DNA from: Vicinamibacterales bacterium
GTDB taxonomy: Bacteria > Acidobacteriota > Vicinamibacteria > Vicinamibacterales > UBA2999
DNA length: 64,000 nucleotides
Assembly (NCBI GenBank): GCA_050250875.1
Contig: JBFWNV010000003.1
Span: 167,153 to 231,152 of the forward strand
Direction: 5' to 3'
This document shows positions 24,341 to 34,039 of the stretch, one piece after another. The notes beneath the pieces are model-generated. The model was not told the origin of the DNA. It searched no databases and saw only the letters and a list, made by a program, of their open reading frames with translations. The position numbers and the translations under genes are program-made. Numbering within the stretch: the stretch's first letter is position 1; each line of letters starts with the position of its first letter.

Positions 24341-24610
24341 ATGATCAAGGTCGACATCGTCAACGAGGTGTCGCGCCTCGCCGAGATCACCAAAGTGAAG
24401 GCGGAACTGGCCGTCGATGCGGTGTTCGACGCCATGCGGGTGTCGATGCAGCGCGGCGAACGCATTGAGCTGCGAGGGTTTGGCGTCTTTCAGGTGAAGC
24501 CCCGAAAGCGCGGCATCGGCCGCAATCCCCGCACCGGCCGGGAGGTGCGCATCCCGCCCGGCCGCACCATCCGGTTCAAGCCCGGCAAGGACCTGCAGAA
24601 CATCGGCTGA
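24341..24610 (+). CDS. HU/IHF-family DNA-binding protein
   Basis: 89 aa. ELRGFGVFQVKPRKRGIGRNPRTGREVRIPPGRTIRFKPGKDL is the canonical beta-arm region. Confidence 0.85.
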   Translation: MIKVDIVNEVSRLAEITKVKAELAVDAVFDAMRVSMQRGERIELRGFGVFQVKPRKRGIGRNPRTGREVRIPPGRTIRFKPGKDLQNIG

Positions 24611-24627
24611 CGCGCCGCCCACGAGCC

Positions 24628-25593
24628 ATGGACAGCGGCGCGGCAATGGCCGCGGAGACCGTTTCCCCGCCGCCGCGGTGGCAGGACCCGCTGGGGTGGC
24701 ACGCCGTGGCCCTGTGCCTCACCATCGTCTCGACGACCTTCGTCGGCGGGATGCACTGGGCGGCGTTCACGGGCGGCGACGCGGCGGCGGCCGATCCGTC
24801 GAGCGCGGCGTTCTGGATCGGCGGTCTCGCCTTCAGCGCTCCGGTGCTCGCCATCCTCGGCTTTCACGAACTCGGGCACTACGCGGCCTGCCGCTACTAC
24901 GACGTCGACGCGTCGCTGCCGTGGTTCCTGCCGGCGCCGCTGCCGCTCACCGGCACGCTCGGCGCGTTCATCCGTCTGCGTGAGCCGATTCCCCACCCGC
25001 GCGCGCTCTTCGACATCGCCGTCGCCGGCCCGCTGGCCGGCTTCGTGGTGGCCGTCCCGCTGCTCGTCGCCGGGATCGCCTGGTCGCGCGTCGTCGCCCT
25101 GCCCGCCGACGGCGGCGGCCTGGTGCTCGGCGACCCGCTGCTGTTCCAGCTGATCGAGCGCGTCATCTGGGGGGCGATTCCCGACGAGCAGGCGCTCTAC
25201 GTGCACCCGATGGGCCTGGCGGCGTGGTTCGGGCTGCTGGCCACGGCCCTCAACCTGTTCCCCTTCGGCCAGCTCGACGGCGGACACATCTCCTACGCGG
25301 TGTTCGGACGGCGCGCCCGCTGGTTGTCGGCGGCGACCATCGTCGCCACCGTGGCGCTCGCCTACGGGTCGCTCAGCTGGGGCGCCTGGTCGGTGCTCCT
25401 CCTGCTGATGGCGGCCGTGCACGGCGTCGGCCATCCGCCGACGCTCGACGACGCCCAGCCGCTCGATCGCGGCCGCCTCGCGCTGGCCGTCGTCGCCGCG
25501 ATCGTGCTGATCCTCTGCTTCACCCCGCGCCCGATCGAGCCGATGGACATCGTCGACGACGATCCGCCGACCTCGGTCCGGGCGAGGCGGTAA
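24628..25593 (+). CDS. M50-family (site-2 protease-like) membrane metalloprotease
   Basis: HELGHYAACRYY (HExxH in a TM segment) and NLFPFGQLDGGH. Multiple TMs. Confidence 0.75.
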   Translation: MDSGAAMAAETVSPPPRWQDPLGWHAVALCLTIVSTTFVGGMHWAAFTGGDAAAADPSSAAFWIGGLAFSAPVLAILGFHELGHYAACRYYDVDASLPWFLPAPLPLTGTLGAFIRLREPIPHPRALFDIAVAGPLAGFVVAVPLLVAGIAWSRVVALPADGGGLVLGDPLLFQLIERVIWGAIPDEQALYVHPMGLAAWFGLLATALNLFPFGQLDGGHISYAVFGRRARWLSAATIVATVALAYGSLSWGAWSVLLLLMAAVHGVGHPPTLDDAQPLDRGRLALAVVAAIVLILCFTPRPIEPMDIVDDDPPTSVRARR

Positions 25594-25604
25594 CGGCGCG
25601 ACCG

Positions 25605-25610
25605 TATAAT
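25605..25610 (+). promoter_or_regulatory. Consensus -10 hexamer TATAAT, 10 nt upstream of the kinase ATG
   Basis: Read directly. No SD lies between it and the ATG at 25621. Confidence 0.35.
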
Positions 25611-25620
25611 CCGGCGACCG

Positions 25621-28600
25621 ATGTCATTGGCTCCCGGGACCGCACTCGGCGCGTATGAGATCGTCGCCCAGCTCGGCGCCGGCGGCATGGGCGAGGTCTA
25701 TCGCGCTCGCGACAGCCGGCTGGAACGGGACGTGGCCCTCAAGGTGCTGCGCGGCGACGTGGCCCGCGATCCCGCACGGCTCGAGCGGTTCGGCCGCGAG
25801 GCGCGGGCCATTGCCGCCCTGAACCACCCGCACATCGTCACCATTCATTCCACCGAGGAAGCCGACGGCCTCCGCTTTCTCACGATGGAGCTGATCGAGG
25901 GGCAGACGCTCGACGGCGTCCTCGTGCCCGGCGGACTTGCCGTCGCGCGCTTCCTCGAGCTGGCCCTTCCGCTCGCGGACGCGCTGGCGGCCGCCCACCA
26001 GAAGCACATCACCCACCGCGACCTCAAGCCGGGGAACGTGATGGTGTCGGCCGACGGCCGGGTGAAGGTACTGGACTTCGGACTGGCCCGCATGGGCGAG
26101 GCCGGTGGCGACCACGCCATCGACGCGACGCGCGCCGTGTTGACCGGCGAAGGCACCATCGTCGGGACGATGCCGTACATGTCGCCGGAGCAGGTCGAGG
26201 GGCGACCGCTCGATCCGCGCAGCGACCTGTTCTCGCTCGGCGTGATGTTCTACGAGATGCTGACCGGCGCGCGGCCGTTCCGGGCCGCGTCATCGCCAGC
26301 GCTGATGTCGGCCATCCTGCGCGACACACCGCCGCTCGTGACCAGCGAACGCGCCGACGTGCCCGAGGCCCTCGCGCGTCTGGTGGCACGGTGCCTCGAG
26401 AAGCGTCCCGACGACCGGGTGCAGACCGCGCGGGACGTCTACAACGAGCTGCGGCATCTTCAGAGGCAGCTCGAGGCGGGTGTCGCTCCTGCGCGGTCGT
26501 CATCCGGCTCCGGGCGGCACGCGTCAACCGAGCCGCGCATCGCGGTGCTGCCGTTCGGGCATCGAGGCGCAGATGCTGCCGCCGGCTTGGCCGACGGCCT
26601 CACGGAGGATGTCACCACCGGGCTCTCCCGGTTCGCGCACCTGCGCGTGGTGCCCGCCGCCACCGCGGCGACGCTCACGCCGGACGCCGCCCAGCGCGCC
26701 GGCGTGCGCTACCTGCTCGAGGGGCGGGTCCAGGGCGGTGGCGGTGGCGGCGCCGTTCGCGTCACGGTCCGCCTGATCGACGGCGCCACCGGCAGCAACC
26801 TCTGGGCCCAGACGTTCGATCGAACGCTCGGCACCGGCGCCTTCGACGTGCAGGACGACATCGCCAGCCACGTCGTGGCCACCGTCGGCGACACCAGCGG
26901 CGTGCTCGCACGATCGATCGCGGCGACGTTGCTGCGCCGTCCGGTCGAAGATCTGACCGTCCGCGAACTCGTGCTGCGATTCCATGCCTATGTCGAGCAT
27001 TTCCAGGCGGAGGAGCATGCCCGGCTGCGCGGCGGTCTGGAGCGTGCACTCGAGCAGGAGCCGCTCGTCGCCGAGGGCTGGGCGTGCCTGGCCGATCTCT
27101 ACGAGCACGAGCACTCGCAGCGGCTGAACCCCCTGCCCGACAGTCTGGGCCGCCAGCGCCGGGCCGCGCAGCGTGCCGTGGAGATCGATCCACATAATCA
27201 GCGCGGGTGGACCGCCATGGCCGCGGTGCACACCTTCGAGCGCGACCGCGCCGCCCTCCGAATCGCCGCGGAACGGGCCGTCGGCTTGAACCCGCTCGAT
27301 GCCGACACCGTCGGCTTGTGCGCACTCTTCCTGTCGTGCGCGGGCGACGACGATCGCGCCATGTCGCTGTTCGAGCGGGCGGTGCAGCTCAAGCCCCAGC
27401 ATCCAGGGTGGTATCACTTCACGCCGTTCACGACGCACTACAAGCGGCAGCAGTACGCGGAGGCGCTGGCGCAAGCGAAGCGCATCGCGCTTCACCAACT
27501 GCCGACCTCGCACATGGCGGCGGCGGCCGCCGCCGCACGGGTCGGATCGGTCGGCGAGGCACATACGGCCCTCGAAGGGCTGCGGCGCCTGGATGCGAGA
27601 CTGCTGGAGCGCGAGGCGGCGCGGCAGGCGTGGGCCCTGTGGCTGTGGGACGAGGCCGTCGTGGAGGATCTGGTCGACGGCCTGGCGCGCGCCCTCGACA
27701 TGCAACCCGTGCCGGCCCGAGCGCAGCACGCTCGGCCAGCGGAACCGCAGCGGTCCGGATCGACCGCCCCGCGGACGTCGCGTCCTGCCGTACACGAGAT
27801 GCGCGTCGCCGTGCTCCCCTTCACGGCCCGCGGAAACGCCGACGCCATAGCGCTGGCCGAAGGGCTGACCGACGAACTCACGACCGCGCTGGCCAGGTTC
27901 GCGTACCTGCAAGTCGTCACGCGGGCCGCGCCACCGGGGACGGCGGCGCAGTCGCCTCGCGCGTCAACCGCGGGCGCGGCTCCGGACGCCCGGTTTCTAC
28001 TCGAGGGCTCGCTCCACCAGATCGGGAGCTCGGTGCGGGTGAGCCTGCGGCTGTCCGACCGCGAGACGGGTGCCCACCTCTGGGCCGACACGCTCGATCG
28101 CGACCTCTCGGCCGGCCTGTTCGCGGTGCAGGACGACATCGTCAGCCGCCTGGCCGCGACCGTCGCCGACGCGGGCGGGGTGCTGGTGCGGTCGATGGGC
28201 GCGGCGGTTCGTGACCTGCCGCTCGAGGAGCTCGAGCTGGACGACCTGCTGCTGCGCTTTCAGCTCTACTCCGACCAGTTCACGGCGGCCGATCATGCCG
28301 GGCTCACGGCCGCCTTCGAAGCACTGGTGGTTCGCGAGCCCGGCGCCGCGAAGGCGTGGGCGTGCCTCGCGATACTGGTCGCGACGGAGATGTTCTTCGA
28401 TCTCAACCCCCGCCCGCAGCCCCTCGCACGTCTCCGTGAGTGCGCGGAGCGCGCCACCGTGCTCGATTCGTCGATCCAGCTCGGGTGGACCGCCATGGCG
28501 GTGCTGGCGATATTCGACCGCGACCGCAACGCCCTCGAAGCGGCCGCCGAGCGGGCGATCGCGCTCAACCCGCTGCACACCCGTACCCTGGCCGTCGTCG

Positions 28601-29055
28601 GCCTGCAGTTGGTGTTCTCGGGTGAGACCGACCGCGGCGTGGCGTTGCTGGAGCGCGCGATGGTGCTCAACCCGCGCCATCCGGGATGGTACTTGATCGG
28701 CCCGTTCCTGCAGGCCTACGAGCGCCGCGACTTCGACTTGGCGCTCCGCACTGCCCGGCGGATCGGCATGCCGCAATTCCTACCCGGTCTGCTCGCGGCG
28801 GCGTCGGCGGCCGGCAAGACCGGTGCCGCGGCGGAGGTGCGCTCGGCGATCGAGGCCATCGCCCGCGCCTGCCCGGGTCCGCTCGACCCCGCGCTGTCGC
28901 GCCGCCACTGGCAGGCCTGTCTCTGGGACACGGCGGCGATCGAACGGCTCGTCGACGGCTTTGCCAAGGCGCTGTTCATCGCGGCGGCGACGCCGCCTCC
29001 CGAGTCGAGCGCGGCGGAGCGGGCACAATCGCCGTGGGGCGAGACGCCGACATAG
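25621..29055 (+). CDS. Ser/Thr protein kinase with two tandem TolB-N-like + TPR-like modules
   Basis: Kinase motifs GAGGMGEVYRA, VALK, HRDLKPGNV, DFGLA, PYMSPEQ. Two homologous roughly 400-aa units then follow, starting RIAVLPF (26536) and MRVAVLPF (27799). Confidence 0.85.
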   Translation: MSLAPGTALGAYEIVAQLGAGGMGEVYRARDSRLERDVALKVLRGDVARDPARLERFGREARAIAALNHPHIVTIHSTEEADGLRFLTMELIEGQTLDGVLVPGGLAVARFLELALPLADALAAAHQKHITHRDLKPGNVMVSADGRVKVLDFGLARMGEAGGDHAIDATRAVLTGEGTIVGTMPYMSPEQVEGRPLDPRSDLFSLGVMFYEMLTGARPFRAASSPALMSAILRDTPPLVTSERADVPEALARLVARCLEKRPDDRVQTARDVYNELRHLQRQLEAGVAPARSSSGSGRHASTEPRIAVLPFGHRGADAAAGLADGLTEDVTTGLSRFAHLRVVPAATAATLTPDAAQRAGVRYLLEGRVQGGGGGGAVRVTVRLIDGATGSNLWAQTFDRTLGTGAFDVQDDIASHVVATVGDTSGVLARSIAATLLRRPVEDLTVRELVLRFHAYVEHFQAEEHARLRGGLERALEQEPLVAEGWACLADLYEHEHSQRLNPLPDSLGRQRRAAQRAVEIDPHNQRGWTAMAAVHTFERDRAALRIAAERAVGLNPLDADTVGLCALFLSCAGDDDRAMSLFERAVQLKPQHPGWYHFTPFTTHYKRQQYAEALAQAKRIALHQLPTSHMAAAAAAARVGSVGEAHTALEGLRRLDARLLEREAARQAWALWLWDEAVVEDLVDGLARALDMQPVPARAQHARPAEPQRSGSTAPRTSRPAVHEMRVAVLPFTARGNADAIALAEGLTDELTTALARFAYLQVVTRAAPPGTAAQSPRASTAGAAPDARFLLEGSLHQIGSSVRVSLRLSDRETGAHLWADTLDRDLSAGLFAVQDDIVSRLAATVADAGGVLVRSMGAAVRDLPLEELELDDLLLRFQLYSDQFTAADHAGLTAAFEALVVREPGAAKAWACLAILVATEMFFDLNPRPQPLARLRECAERATVLDSSIQLGWTAMAVLAIFDRDRNALEAAAERAIALNPLHTRTLAVVGLQLVFSGETDRGVALLERAMVLNPRHPGWYLIGPFLQAYERRDFDLALRTARRIGMPQFLPGLLAAASAAGKTGAAAEVRSAIEAIARACPGPLDPALSRRHWQACLWDTAAIERLVDGFAKALFIAAATPPPESSAAERAQSPWGETPT

Positions 29056-29174
29056 CGAGCCGGTGTTCCCGCTGATCGCGCCGCACGTGCCGGACGTCAA
29101 GAAATTGCAGACCGATCCGCGCATCGCCGCCAGCGTCGGCGAGCTCGACGAGCCGCTAGCCGCTGTTCGGGGAT

Positions 29175-31442
29175 CTAGAGCATGCTCACCGGATCGACGT
29201 CGATCGAGGTGCGGCGGGCCAGCGTCGGATGCGCCGCCAGCGCCGCCCGCATCGCCGCGCGCAGCCGTGCCCGCTGGCCGCCCTTGAGGAAGAACTGGGC
29301 GCGGTGCTCGCCGCGCAGCCGCGCCAGCGGCGCCGGCGCCGGGCCGAGCACCACCGTGCCGCCGCCCGTCGACTGCGCGGCGACGCGGGCGAGCTGGCCG
29401 GCGGCCCGCATGGCGTCTTCGGCGGTCGCGCCGCGCACCACCACGTTGACCATCGCGGTCACCGGCGGATAGCGCAGCGCCGTGCGATAGTCGAGCTCCT
29501 TGGCGACGAACGCCTCGTAGTCCTGCGCCGCGCCGCACCGCACGGCGTAGTGCTCGGGGAACAGCGTCTGGACGATCGCTTCGCCGGGCCGCTCGCCGCG
29601 GCCGGCGCGGCCGACCACCTGCGTGATCAGCTGGAAGGTGCGCTCCGCGGCGCGGAAGTCCGGCAGTCCCAGGCCGACATCGGCCGAGATCACGCCGACC
29701 AGCGTCACCGCCGGGAAGTCGTGGCCCTTGGCGATCATCTGCGTGCCCACCAGGATGTCGAGTTCGCGGCGGGCGAACCGCGCCAGCAACGCCGTCAGGC
29801 TGCCGCGCCGGCGCACGGTGTCGCGATCGACGCGTCCGACCCGCGCCGCCGGGAAGCGGGCCTGGAGGTCGGCTTCGACCCGCTCGGTGCCGAACCCGAC
29901 GTGCTCGAGGTACGGCGCCGCGCAGTTCGGGCAGGCCGCCGGCACGCGCTGCGCGAAGTCGCAGTAGTGGCAGCGCGCCATCGCGCGCGGGCCGTGGCCG
30001 TGCACGGTCATCGACACGCTGCAATGGGGGCACTCCACGGTCGAGCCGCACTGCCGGCACAGCACCGCCGCGGCGATCCCCCGCCGGTTGAGCAGCACGA
30101 GACTCTGCTCGCCGGCGGCCAGGCGCGCCGCCAGCGCCTCGTCGAGCGGGCGGCTGATCACGACCTCCTCGCCGGCGGCGGCCCATTCGTCGCGCATGTT
30201 GACGATCCGCACCGCGGCGAGCGGCCGGTCGGCGACGCGCCGCACCAGCGACACCGTGGTGTAGCGGCCGCGGCGGGCGTTGTGCACCGTCTCGAGCGAG
30301 GGCGTCGCCGATCCGAGCACGGCCAGCGCCCCGGCCTGGTGGGCGCGCATCACGGCGACGTCGCGGCCGTGATAGCGCGGCGTCTCGTCCTGCTTGTACG
30401 ACGTGTCGTGTTCCTCGTCGACCACCACCAGCCCCAGCCGGTCGAGCGGCGCGAACACCGCCGACCGCGTGCCGACGACGACGTCGACCTCGCCGCCGCG
30501 CACGCGGTGCCACTGGTCGTGCCGCTCGCCGTCGGACAGCCCGCTGTGCTGGATCGCCACGCGGTCGCCGAAGCGGGCGCGCACGCGGCCGGCGACCGCC
30601 GGCGTCAGTGCGATCTCGGGCACGAGCACCAGGGCCTGCCGGCCCTGGCGGCGCACGTGATCGGCCAGATGCAGGTAGACCTCGGTCTTGCCGCTGCCGG
30701 TCACGCCGCGGACCAGGGCGGCGTGGAAGCCGCCGGCCGCGGTGAGCGGCACGAGGACGTCGAGGGCGGCCTGCTGCTCGGCGGTCAGTGCGGTGACCGG
30801 CGCCGGCGGCGGCAGGCTGTGCGCCTCGAACGGGTCGCGGTCCACGGTCTCGTGGCGGATGACGACGAGGCCGGACTGCACCAGACGGGCGACGGTCGGC
30901 GCCGAGACGCCGCGATCGGCGAGCGTCGCCGTCGGCAGGCCGGCCGGCGCACCGGCGAGCAGCAGCAGTCCCTCGCGCTGCCGCCGGCCGAGCCGCAGCG
31001 CGTCGGCGCCGTCGTCGCCGGGCGGGGCGCAGCGCGGGCCGATGCGGGCGTGCTCGGCCGCGTGCACGCCGGCCGCGGTCAGCGCGGCGATGCGGCGGCG
31101 TCGGAACGTCCGCTCGTCGCCGGTCAGCACGCGCGGCGGCAGGGCCGTCGCCAGCACGTCGCCCGGACCCGCGAGGTAGTAGTCGGCGACCCACAGGGCC
31201 AGCGTCAGCAGGCTCGGCGGCACGAACGCCGTGGTGTCGCGCACGGCGGCCACCTCGCGCACCCGCACCGACGCCGGCGGCGCCGCGGCCGGCGCGGCGA
31301 CGACGATGCCGGTCACGCGGCGCGCTCCGAGCGGCACGTCCACTCGCGCTCCCGGCGCCGGCCACGGCCACGCCTCGGGCCAGCGATAGGTCAGCAGGTC
31401 GAGCGCGGGCACCGGCACCGCGACCGACACGAAGCGATCCAC
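29175..31442 (-). CDS. priA: Primosomal protein N' (PriA helicase)
   Basis: Walker A GVTGSGKTEVY, DEEHD box, Cys-rich Zn insert CRQCG..CPHC...CHYC...CPNC. Confidence 0.9.
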   Translation of the reverse strand: MDRFVSVAVPVPALDLLTYRWPEAWPWPAPGARVDVPLGARRVTGIVVAAPAAAPPASVRVREVAAVRDTTAFVPPSLLTLALWVADYYLAGPGDVLATALPPRVLTGDERTFRRRRIAALTAAGVHAAEHARIGPRCAPPGDDGADALRLGRRQREGLLLLAGAPAGLPTATLADRGVSAPTVARLVQSGLVVIRHETVDRDPFEAHSLPPPAPVTALTAEQQAALDVLVPLTAAGGFHAALVRGVTGSGKTEVYLHLADHVRRQGRQALVLVPEIALTPAVAGRVRARFGDRVAIQHSGLSDGERHDQWHRVRGGEVDVVVGTRSAVFAPLDRLGLVVVDEEHDTSYKQDETPRYHGRDVAVMRAHQAGALAVLGSATPSLETVHNARRGRYTTVSLVRRVADRPLAAVRIVNMRDEWAAAGEEVVISRPLDEALAARLAAGEQSLVLLNRRGIAAAVLCRQCGSTVECPHCSVSMTVHGHGPRAMARCHYCDFAQRVPAACPNCAAPYLEHVGFGTERVEADLQARFPAARVGRVDRDTVRRRGSLTALLARFARRELDILVGTQMIAKGHDFPAVTLVGVISADVGLGLPDFRAAERTFQLITQVVGRAGRGERPGEAIVQTLFPEHYAVRCGAAQDYEAFVAKELDYRTALRYPPVTAMVNVVVRGATAEDAMRAAGQLARVAAQSTGGGTVVLGPAPAPLARLRGEHRAQFFLKGGQRARLRAAMRAALAAHPTLARRTSIDVDPVSML

Positions 31443-31451
31443 GGGTGCCCG

Positions 31452-32189
31452 CTACCCTTCGGCGAGCATCTCGCGCACCTTCTTCATGTCCTCCCAGACC
31501 TCGCGCTTGGCGGGGGGATTCCTGAGCAGGTACGCCGGATGGAACGTCGGCACGAGCGACGCGCCGCGGAACTCGAACACGCGGCCGCGCAGCCGCGTGA
31601 TCGGCTCGGTCGATCGCAGCAGCGACTGGGCGGCGAACTTGCCGAGGGCGACGATCACCCGGGGCCGGATGGCGGCGATCTGCTGGAAGAGGAAGGGCTC
31701 GCAGGTGGCGACCTCGTCGGGTTCGGGATTGCGGTTGCCCGGCGGGCGGCACTTGATCACGTTGGCGATGTAGACCTGCTGACGGGTCAGGCCGATCGCC
31801 TCGATGATCTTGGTGAGCAGCTGCCCGGCACGGCCGACGAAGGGCTCACCCTGGCGGTCTTCGTCCTCGCCAGGGGCCTCGCCGACGAACATCAGCGACG
31901 CCGTCGGGCTGCCGACGCCGAACACCACCTGCCGGCGGCCGAGGGTGTGCAGTTTGCAGCGCGTGCAGTCGGGGCCGACCGCCGCCTGCAGCGTCGCCAG
32001 CGCCTCGGCCGGCGCCACGACGTCGAGCGCCGGCCCGGCGGCGGGTGCCGCCGCGGCGGGCGCTCCGCCGCCATCGGCCGGGTTCGTGGCGCCGTCGGCG
32101 CGCTGCCGCCAGGCCGCCTCGCGGCTGACGCCCTCGACGCCCAGCTCGCGGAAGTAGTCGAGATGGGCCTGCAGATCGTCGCGGGTCAT
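31452..32189 (-). CDS. Uracil-DNA glycosylase, family 4
   Basis: Start at MTRDDLQ (cat 32187-32189, ATGA overlap with coaBC). [26 protein letters not shown] and HPAYLLR motifs. Confidence 0.85.
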   Translation of the reverse strand: MTRDDLQAHLDYFRELGVEGVSREAAWRQRADGATNPADGGGAPAAAAPAAGPALDVVAPAEALATLQAAVGPDCTRCKLHTLGRRQVVFGVGSPTASLMFVGEAPGEDEDRQGEPFVGRAGQLLTKIIEAIGLTRQQVYIANVIKCRPPGNRNPEPDEVATCEPFLFQQIAAIRPRVIVALGKFAAQSLLRSTEPITRLRGRVFEFRGASLVPTFHPAYLLRNPPAKREVWEDMKKVREMLAEG

Positions 32190-33406
32190 CGCCGCGCCGC
32201 CGGCGTGCCAGGGGCCACGCCCAGCAGCCGCTCGAGCCGATCGAGGATGCGGCCGGCGACCGCCGCCTTCGACATCAGCGGCAGCTCTTCGAGCCCGTCG
32301 TCGGCGACGAAGGTCACGGCGTTGGTGTCGACCTCGAAGCCGGCGTCGGTGCGGGCCACGTCGTTGGCGACGATGAGATCGACGCCCTTGCGGCGGCGCT
32401 TGGCGTCGGCGTGGGCGACGACGTCGTGGGTCTCGGCGGCGAATCCGACGAGCACCGGCCGGCCGCTGGCGCGTGACGGCAGCCGGCCGAGGTCGGCGAG
32501 GATGTCGGTCGTCCGCACCAGCGGCAGCGACCAGCCGCCGTCCGATTTCGCCACCTTCTGCCCGGCCACGGTTTCCGGGGTGTAGTCGGCCACCGCCGCT
32601 GCCATCACCACCGCGTCGGCGCCGGCGGCGCGGGCCATCACCGCGCGGTGCATGTCGGCGGCGCTGCGCACCCGCACGACGTCCACGCCGGCCGGCGGGT
32701 CGAGGTGCGTCGGCCCGGTCACGAGCACGACCGCGGCGCCACGGCGCGCCGCCTCGCGCGCCACGGCATAGCCCATGCGGCCGCTCGAGCGGTTGCCGAC
32801 GAAGCGCACCGGGTCGATGTCTTCGTAGGTCGGCCCGGCGGTGACGACCACCGCCCGGCCGGCCAGCGACGCGCCGCCGAGCAGCCGCCCGGCGGCCGCG
32901 ACGATCGCCTCGGGCTCGGCGAGCCGGCCCTTCCCCACCCAGCCGCAGGCGAGATAGCCCTCGCCCGGCTCGACGACGCGCACCCCGCGCGCCGCCAGCG
33001 TCTGCAGGTTGGCCTGCACCGCCGGATGCTCGAGCATGTGGGTGTTCATCGCCGGCGCCAGCAGCACCGGCGCGGTCGTCGCCAGGTACAGCGACGACAG
33101 GAAGTCGTCGGCCAGTCCGTGCGCGAACTTGCCGATGACGTTGGCGGTCGCCGGCACGACCAGCAGCAGATCGGACGACGTCGCCAGCGCGATGTGCTAG
33201 ATGTCGGCGTTCAGTCCGGGCGCCCACTGGCTGCCGATCACCCGCCGGCGGGTGATCGCTTCGAAGGTCAGCTCGCCGACGAACCGCCGGGCGCTGCGCG
33301 TCATCACCACCGTGACGTCGTGGCCGGCCTGCTGCAGGCCGCGCACGACCTCCACGGCCTTGTAGGCGCCGATGCCGCCGCTCACGCCGACTGTGATGCG
33401 TGCCAT
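32186..33406 (-). pseudogene. coaBC: coaBC (phosphopantothenoylcysteine decarboxylase/synthetase) interrupted by an in-frame TAG at 33197-33199
   Basis: The two track ORFs (33197-33406 and 32186-33157) are in the same frame. The read-through gives ...[31 protein letters not shown]. Motifs: [31 protein letters not shown]. Confidence 0.8.
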
Positions 33407-33415
33407 GCCTCGCTC

Positions 33416-34039
33416 CTACTCCGTGAAAAAGGTGCGGACGATGGCGTCGGCGATCCGCGCCATGCGGTGCGTCCGCGACCGCTCGGCGGCGATGATCTCC
33501 TGCAGGCGCACCACCGTCGACTCCAGATCGTCGTTGACCACGAGGTAATCGTACTCCCGGAAGCTCGACACCTCGGCGCGGGCCGTGGCCAGCCGCCGGC
33601 GCATCGCCGGCTCGGGATCGGCGCTGCGGCCGCGCAGCCGGCGCTCCAGCACCTGGTAGGAGGGCGGCATCACGAACACCGCGGTGTGATCGACGCCGCG
33701 CTGGCGCACCTGGCGGGCGCCCTGCACGTCGATCACCAGCACCACGTCCTGGCCGTCGTCGAGCATGTGGGCGACGTCGGCGGCGCCGGTGCCGTAGAGG
33801 TTGCCGAACACGTCGGCCCATTCGAGGAAGGCGTTGTCGGCGATCATCGCCTCGAACGCCGGCCGCGAGATGAAGTGGTAGTCGACGCCGTCGCGCTCGC
33901 CGACACGGGCCGGACGCGAGGTGTAGGACTTCGATTCCCGCAGGTTGGGAAGAATCTGCACGAGCCGCTCGACCAGCGTCGTCTTGCCGGTGCCCGACGG
34001 CGCCGAGATGACGAACAGCAGCCCGCGGCTACTCGACAT
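33416..34039 (-). CDS. gmk: Guanylate kinase
   Basis: P-loop [10 protein letters not shown]. Length 207 aa. Overlaps the yicC end by 11 nt. Confidence 0.9.
   Translation of the reverse strand: MSSSRGLLFVISAPSGTGKTTLVERLVQILPNLRESKSYTSRPARVGERDGVDYHFISRPAFEAMIADNAFLEWADVFGNLYGTGAADVAHMLDDGQDVVLVIDVQGARQVRQRGVDHTAVFVMPPSYQVLERRLRGRSADPEPAMRRRLATARAEVSSFREYDYLVVNDDLESTVVRLQEIIAAERSRTHRMARIADAIVRTFFTE

Noticed and set aside
29056-29174. Intrinsic terminator between the convergent kinase and priA genes
   Set aside because: I could not find a convincing GC stem followed by a T-tract on either strand.
28780-32585. 990-aa (-) and 1118-aa (+) ORFs overlapping priA, udg and coaBC
   Set aside because: They are out-of-frame or antisense to genes with strong motifs (PriA Walker A, Zn fingers). 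The composition is typical of non-coding frames at high GC.
33197-33199. Genome-wide reassignment of TAG (or pyrrolysine) explaining the coaBC stop
   Set aside because: TAG is the evident terminator of at least three well-bounded genes in this window (2864-2866, 7006-7008, 60491-60493). No pyl genes were seen.
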